From the human T2T-CHM13v2.0 reference genome, Homo sapiens: a stretch of DNA of 64,000 nucleotides. This document shows positions 57,801 through 64,000 of the stretch, piece after piece. The translations under genes were made by a program, and so were the position numbers. The notes beneath the pieces were generated by a model. The model worked only from the letters and a program-made list of their open reading frames with translations, made no database searches and was not told where the DNA came from. The DNA is taken from the NCBI RefSeq assembly GCF_009914755.1, contig NC_060930.1. The stretch is one strand, 5' to 3'. Positions within the stretch are counted from its first letter, which is position 1; every line of letters starts with the position of its first letter.

Positions 57801-58949
57801 AACAGTCTTTCTGACTATGGTATTGAGAAAAGACTGAAAGAAGCAAAAGTGGGAGGACCACTAACCTACAGTAGCTGAGAGATGACAGTAGGGTGGATTG
57901 TGGTGATGATAGCAGTGGCGGTGATGAGAAGTAGACAGATCCTGGACATGTTTTGAAGGTGGAACCAACAAAATTTACCAACACATTGAATGTGGTATAT
58001 GAGAGAAAGAAGGAAGTCAAAGATGACTTCAAGCATTGACACCAGGAGGGCTCTAGGTGGAGTAGTTTTTTTGTTGTTGTTGTTTATTTTGAAGGGAAGG
58101 AGGATAGAGTGGAGAGGGCTAGAGAAGATCAGGGGTGAGTTTTGGACATGTCGAGTTTAAGATACTTGCTAGACATCCAAGTGGAGATATTACTAGGCAG
58201 TTGCATCTAGTAGAGTATATGGTTCTGGGGGAGAGCCTATATGAAGATGTACATTTGGGAATCATGAATATAGAGTTGGTATGTCAGACCATAATAATGG
58301 AAGATATCATCAGAGAAGTGAATGTAGATGGAGAAGAGAAGGATCCAAACACTGAGCCCTGCAAGATTCCAACACGAAGAGCCTGGAGAAATGAGAAAGG
58401 AGCAAGCAAAAGAAATCAGGTAAGAGCACCCAATGGGGTAGAAAGAAAACTGGGAGAGGGTGGGAGTGTGGGAGTGAATGGAAAGGTTCTTTCAAGGAGG
58501 AGATAGTGGTTAACCATGCTAAGTGCTCTGATTAGACAAGTAAGACTAGGAGTGGCCATTAGATTTAGCAGTTTATCAACAAGAAAGGTGGTGGCACAGT
58601 GGGTTGAATTGGGATAAGAATAAATCTTTGCCCTCGTGGAACTGACATTCTAATGGCCAGCGGGGGTGGGGAGACAATAAATGAATAAATAAGTATATGA
58701 TATAGTATGTTAGAAGGTGATAAGAGCCAATGGTGAAAATAAAGAAGCAAAGGGCATGGGAAATGCAATTGAGGAGTTATACTTTGAGTTGAGATTTTAA
58801 AATAGGGTAGCTCCTGATTGGAAAAATGGAAAGAGAGGCATTAGGATCAGTAAGTAAAGTCAACTCCTCTTTCAAGGAGTTTTGTCAAAAAAGGGAGCAG
58901 AGAACTAGCCATAGCAAAGGAACAAAGTGGGATTAAAATATTTTTTTGC

Positions 58950-59525
58950 CCCACAATGCGATACCACCTTTCTGGTAGCTGTTAAGATAGATACTATTAA
59001 AAAATACAAAACAAAAAATAACAAAATGAAAACCCCCCAGAAAATAGTAAATGTTGGCAAGGATGTGGAGAAACTGGAACCCTTGAGCACTATTGGTGGA
59101 AATGTAAAATAGTGCTGCCACTATGGAAAAGAGTATGGCAGTTTTTAAAAAAAATTAGAAATAAAATTACCATATGACCCAGCAATTCCATTTCTGAGTA
59201 TGTAGCCCCCAAAATTGAAAATAGAGTCTCCAAGAGATATTTCACATCCACGTTCACGGCAACACTATTTACAATAGCCAAAAGTCAAATGCATAGAGAC
59301 AGGAAGTAGAATGGTAGTTGCCAGGAACTGGGGGAAGCTGGGAATGGGGAGTTATTGCTTAGTGGGTAGAGAGTTTGAATTTCGCAAGATGAAAATGTTC
59401 TGGAGATTGGTTGCATGACAATGTGAATATACTTAACACTATTGAGTTTTATGGCAAACTCAATAACGGTAAATTTTAGAAATAATGGTAAATTTTGTGT
59501 GTTTTTTAGCAAAATTTAAAAAATT
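58950..59525 (+). mobile_element. L1MB-like 3' fragment
   Basis: aaatgttggcaaggatgtggagaaactggaaccc...ccatatgacccagcaattcca, L1 ORF2 end/3' UTR. Confidence 0.85.
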
Positions 59526-60694
59526 AATTTTAAGGATTCTTTGTTTTTTGTTTTTGAGATGGGAGAAAAAATAGTGTTTTAATGCTGATTAAAATAATCC
59601 AGTAGAGAGAGAAAAATTGATTGTACAGAAGAGTGTGTGGAGAACTGCTCACATGAAAGGGCTTTGAGTAGGTGAGAGGGTAGGAGATTTAGTGCATGAG
59701 GGAGGCCGTGGCCTAAGAGGACGCACATACTTTCCATCTATTGCAACAGGAAGGAAGACAGAATACAAAGGTTTGAATGCTGGGGTGGGTGGATGTGGAG
59801 GTGGGAGCTTGCAGAAGGTCTCTTCCCATGGCTTCCAATTTCCCCAAGATATGGAAGCTGAGTGGGAGGACAGAGGAGGTGGGTGTGGTCATGAACTGGG
59901 AGAGTAGGAGGCCTGGGGAATGGAGCACGGCTGCTGAGCAGCACTGAGGGGGCACTGGGATGTGCAGAAATGAATGTGAAATGAGATCAGTCAACAGCAA
60001 GCACATTGGCTGCACAGTGCTAAATGGGTGCTGAATTTGAGGCTCTCAAGGGAACCTCTATATTAATCAGAAACTATAATTAACAATAGAGATTTCGTCT
60101 TATTCTGAGTGTCACATTTCAAAATTAAAGGACATATCCTGTAGGAATACACTGCTAAATATTATAAACATAATTTAAAAGAAACCTCAGTCATGGGAAT
60201 GGGAGATCATAAACCTGTTTTGACTCAGTGACTCTGACTTTGGTGTGACTTCCTCATCTGCCAAGTGTCATGAGGGTGGCGGCTGCCATGCCTATTTATG
60301 GAGGCCATGCACCAAGGGTCCCCTGACTGCCTTTCTAGGAATGATATCCCACTTTCCATGTCTTGTGATGGAGAGGCTGGTGGTGACAGAGTCCCTGAGG
60401 ACTTCAGGCAGTGACTTCTGGGATAACCCTGGCTAAATCCTCCTTCACAAGCTTAAAGCCCTTAACTGCCAACACAGAGATAATAATGCTCACTGGGGAA
60501 AAATGGAATTGGCAAATTATTTTTTCCTCTTGTCTTTAAGCAAATCACACAAAGATACTTGTGATTCTTCCCTAGAAAAATGACGATGATGATGATGACT
60601 AAAACGTAAATATCCAGACACTGTTTACTGTTCATATAGACCTCCTAATGACTTTAACATCTAATGTTTCCTCACCATTTTAATATTTATTAGA

Positions 60695-60985
60695 GGCCAG
60701 GTGTATTGGCTCACACCTGTAATCCCAGCACTTTGGGAGGCCAAGACGGCAGGATTGCTTGAGCTCTGGAGACCAGGCTGGACAACATAGTGATATCTCT
60801 TTTGTACTAAAAATTTTAAAAATTAGCCAGGCGTGGTGGCATATGCCTGTTGTTCCAGCTACTCAGGAGGCTGAGGCAGGAGGATTGCTTGAACCCAGGA
60901 GATCGAGGCTGCAGTGACCTATGATCACACCACTACACTCCAGCCTGGGCAACAGAGACAGACCCTGTCTCAAAAAAAAAAAAAA
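60695..60985 (+). mobile_element. Alu SINE (AluJ-like)
   Basis: Alu consensus with poly-A tail. Confidence 0.92.
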
Positions 60986-61619
60986 TTACTAGAGAGGAAT
61001 CTGTTCACTGAACCCACCTCAAATGAAGTAATGGAATTATAATTGGCTGTTACTTCTGTCCATTTCTGCCCAACTGAAATTACAGGGATTAGATTAAATT
61101 GCCTGATTGCAAGGAAACCTCCTGTATTTATCCAGTCTCTAAAACAACTGCTAGAACTTTTGAATGAAAGAAAAAGTCACGAGCAACTATGGGTAGTATA
61201 TGGCTTTTTAAAAATATCCTTCGCTAGATAAAAAATCACGAGTAGAAATACCCTTTTGACTTAGCATTCAGAAATTTCAATCTCATTGCTTAATATAAAG
61301 AATAAAAAGTAGCCTAGTGTAGAAAAGGGAGTCACGCATGATTTTGGAAAAGTCCTAAAAAAGAAGAGCACGGATATGAGCCCACTGGCTAGAAGCTTTG
61401 CTCTAGTGTGATGCAGGGCCCAGTCCATCAGCACAAACCTCTCTCCAGTGGAATGGGGGGGTTCTCTGCCTGTCGCAACCTATCCAAGCTGTTCTCTGGC
61501 AGGGCATTTGTCTTTGTTGTTGCCTTAGGTTTCTAAAAAAAAAAAAAAAAGCTGTCTATTTTGTTTTTTAAATGGACAAAATAAAACACAGTTCTGATAT
61601 AGTGGTTTCTAACACCATT

Positions 61620-62660
61620 CTTCAATGTAAGGAAAAAAAACTCCTTGCAGACATGGCTGATTTTAGGATTAGGGTAGGGATTACACACTGGGAGCCTAGA
61701 GCATCTTGTAATGCCAGAAAGTAAGACAACACTAAGGAAACAAAACACACACAATGGTGGGGACTGGTTACAGGGACACAGGTGCCAACTGAAAGAGCTC
61801 CCAGTGGCCAAATTCGGACCAAGAGGAACAACAAATAAATAATGTAGTAATGGATTATAACTCAAAGTATGAAATAAATATTCATGAATCCACACTGACA
61901 TAAATAGGTGGTTGACTCAGTAAATAAAAGGGAAAGAACAAACAACTCTCCCATGCATAAAAATTTCAAATAATTTATGTAGACACCCCTCCCTCAAGTA
62001 GGTGAAGCGCAATTCCCTACTCCTTACGGATGGGCTGTGCACAGTGAGTACTTCCAAAGAGTACAGTAAGGAAATGAAGGGGAAATATAACTTTACAATG
62101 GAGAAACCTGATAAATAAGACTTCAACCATAGCATCAAGGTCAACATCATCAGTGATAAGTCATGTCACTAGCATGTACTCTCACCATATGATGAAAATG
62201 CCACGTCACCTCTGGGATCTTCTTCCCCAAGCCCCCTAACCCTAGTCTAATCATGAGAAAAACATTAGACAAACTGAAATTGCAGAACACTTTACAAAAT
62301 ACCCAACCAGTACTCCTCAAAACTGCCAAAGTCATCACAAAAGGAAATTCTGAGCAACTTTCCCAGCCCAGAGGAGCTTAAGGAAACATGACAACTAAAT
62401 GTTATGTAGTATCTTGGATGGGATCCTGGAATAGAATAGAATAGGGAAAAGCTAATTAAATCGGAATAAAATATTGACTTTATTTAATAATGAAGTATTA
62501 TGATGGGTTCACTAGTTGAGACAAACATACCACAGTAATATGAGATGTTAAAAATGGGGGGAAATCAGGTGCGGGGTACGTGAGAATTCTCTGTTTTATC
62601 TCTGCAATACTTCTGTAAACTGAAAACTATTCTAAAATAGTGTTTGTTTTCAAAATATTA
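61620..62660 (+). mobile_element. L1MC/MD-like 3' UTR
   Basis: ctttacaatggagaaacctga...caaggtcaacatc..cagtgataagtcatg...gggatcctggaa motifs; boundaries approximate. Confidence 0.75.
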
Positions 62661-63419
62661 AAAACAGGATGTGGCAGAATAAACTGGGTAAATGGAGAGG
62701 AGGAGAGAAGAGAGGCCTCTTCCTGGCAGCACAGAACTGGAAGCAGCTTGCTGTGCAGGACGCCATGCTCTGACATACAGGAGCTAATCCTGGGCCTTCA
62801 AAGCCAACATCCCTGCCCAAATGCTAGTGCAGTTGCCACCTTTACCTGAGATTCAAAACCTCAACCCAGCAGGTGTGGCGACCCCTCATCCAAGGCAAGG
62901 TCTGTGCTTTGCCTCATTAGAGAATACTGCTGGGACAAAGCGGTAGGGCAAAGTGTCCCTACCAGCTGGAGTCTCCACCAGGGGGGCTGGGGAATCTGGG
63001 ATCAGCTCATCTTTCTTTTCCATTTATAGAACCAAAATATGGGCCTGGGGAATTTCTGGCTCCAGCTGTCATTTAGGGGAGGACCTTGTCTAAGACATTT
63101 GCTAGAACATCACTGGAAAGAATTGGGAGGGGATTTGGGGGGAAACGGAGATGTGCGGCCAAGAGCACACTAAAGGGGAGAGGATCGGTTGATATAAAAC
63201 TCAAGGATTTTTCTAGAAACATCTGGCTTTGGCAGTAACAGAAATGCCAACTAAACATTGTTTGACAGACTGGTAGCAAGAGGTAGATAATCTGAGGATG
63301 GAGAGTGTGGCTGGGGAAGGATGAGGATGTATAGAGGCTGCTGGCACATCCGCAGAGGGTAAGCCAACAAAGCAAGATTTTAAAATGTGTTTAGGGCAGC
63401 AGTGGGCACATGCAAAGGA

Positions 63420-63610
63420 ATACCAGCTTTGGATCTGGATTGAATGTCCAGCGTGGCCACTCGCTGATTCTGAGGCTTAGTACTTAGGCCCTCAGAGCCT
63501 GCCTTTCCTCATCTGTAAAGATAATAGCCCTCACACAGGGATGTAGTTAGAATTAAATGCAGAAGTTTAGCATAATGCAAAGTGAGAACTCAATAAAAGT
63601 TAATTGTCAT
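63420..63610 (+). mobile_element. MIR SINE
   Basis: ctttcctcatctgtaaa..ataatag...cacagggatgtagttagaattaaatg MIR core. Confidence 0.75.
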
Positions 63611-63929
63611 TATTGGTGTTAGTATTATTATTGTTACTTTTAGAAATTCCAAAAATGCAAATAAGTCCCAAGTTTCTTGTTCATGCAGTGATGGCAGGAG
63701 GAGGAAACTGCCCATCTTTCCTGGAACCCATCTACATTTTCCATGCTTATCTCTTGGGATCACATCTTCAGAAATCTCTGCAAATTGACCCTTTTTCCTC
63801 ACACCTCGCAGATGATCCCCTCTGTGAAACATGCTTCCAATCCATCTTGAAATGGTTCCTAAGTGTTGCTTATGTAATACCTATCCTTTCCAAGTGGCAT
63901 CATTTAAGCCAAATCTAAAAAGGAAAAAA

Positions 63930-64000
63930 AATCATTCATTCAATCAGACAGACATTTATTCAACAAAAACTTCTTGAGCACCTACTATGTGCCAGGAACT
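63930..64000 (-). mobile_element. L2 3' end (cut by window edge)
   Basis: tcattcattcaa...ttattcaacaa...ttgagcacctactatgtgccagg. Confidence 0.75.

Noticed and set aside
62975-62988. CCACCAGGGGGGCT CTCF-like motif
   Set aside because: Extra G displaces the near-invariant C of the core.

Overview
Human (primate) genomic DNA, not prokaryotic. The window holds the 3' part of SCML4 (Scm polycomb group protein-like 4, chr6q21 from memory) on the minus strand. Six coding exons (55679-55550, 52755-52555, 51013-50819, 26867-26577, 14935-14790, 12248-12123) all have canonical AG/GT boundaries and splice in frame to 1089 nt = 362 aa + TGA. They encode the SLED (DUF3588) domain, a Ser/Gly/Pro-rich linker and the C-terminal Scm/Ph-type SAM domain; the N-terminal exon(s) lie beyond the right edge. 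The rest is intron, 3' UTR and downstream DNA with about 19 Alus, L1/L2/MIR remnants, solo LTRs (MST, MLT1, THE1, MER41A-like) and Tigger-family DNA transposons. Almost all ORFs in the supplied track are spurious or repeat-derived. I see no new gene family or novel multi-gene system. The most interesting signals are regulatory: an Alu-free ~10 kb stretch with three stacked minus-strand poly(A) signals (a possible very long, alternatively polyadenylated 3' UTR); a weak donor after the linker exon allowing a SAM-less isoform, with a reciprocal SAM-only start at Met243; three symmetric phase-1 exons flanked by inverted Alus; a full CTCF core+upstream motif in the last exon; and an old L1 insertion with a short 3' transduction. 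Repeat subfamily names come from recognising consensus sequences by eye and need RepeatMasker/Dfam confirmation.
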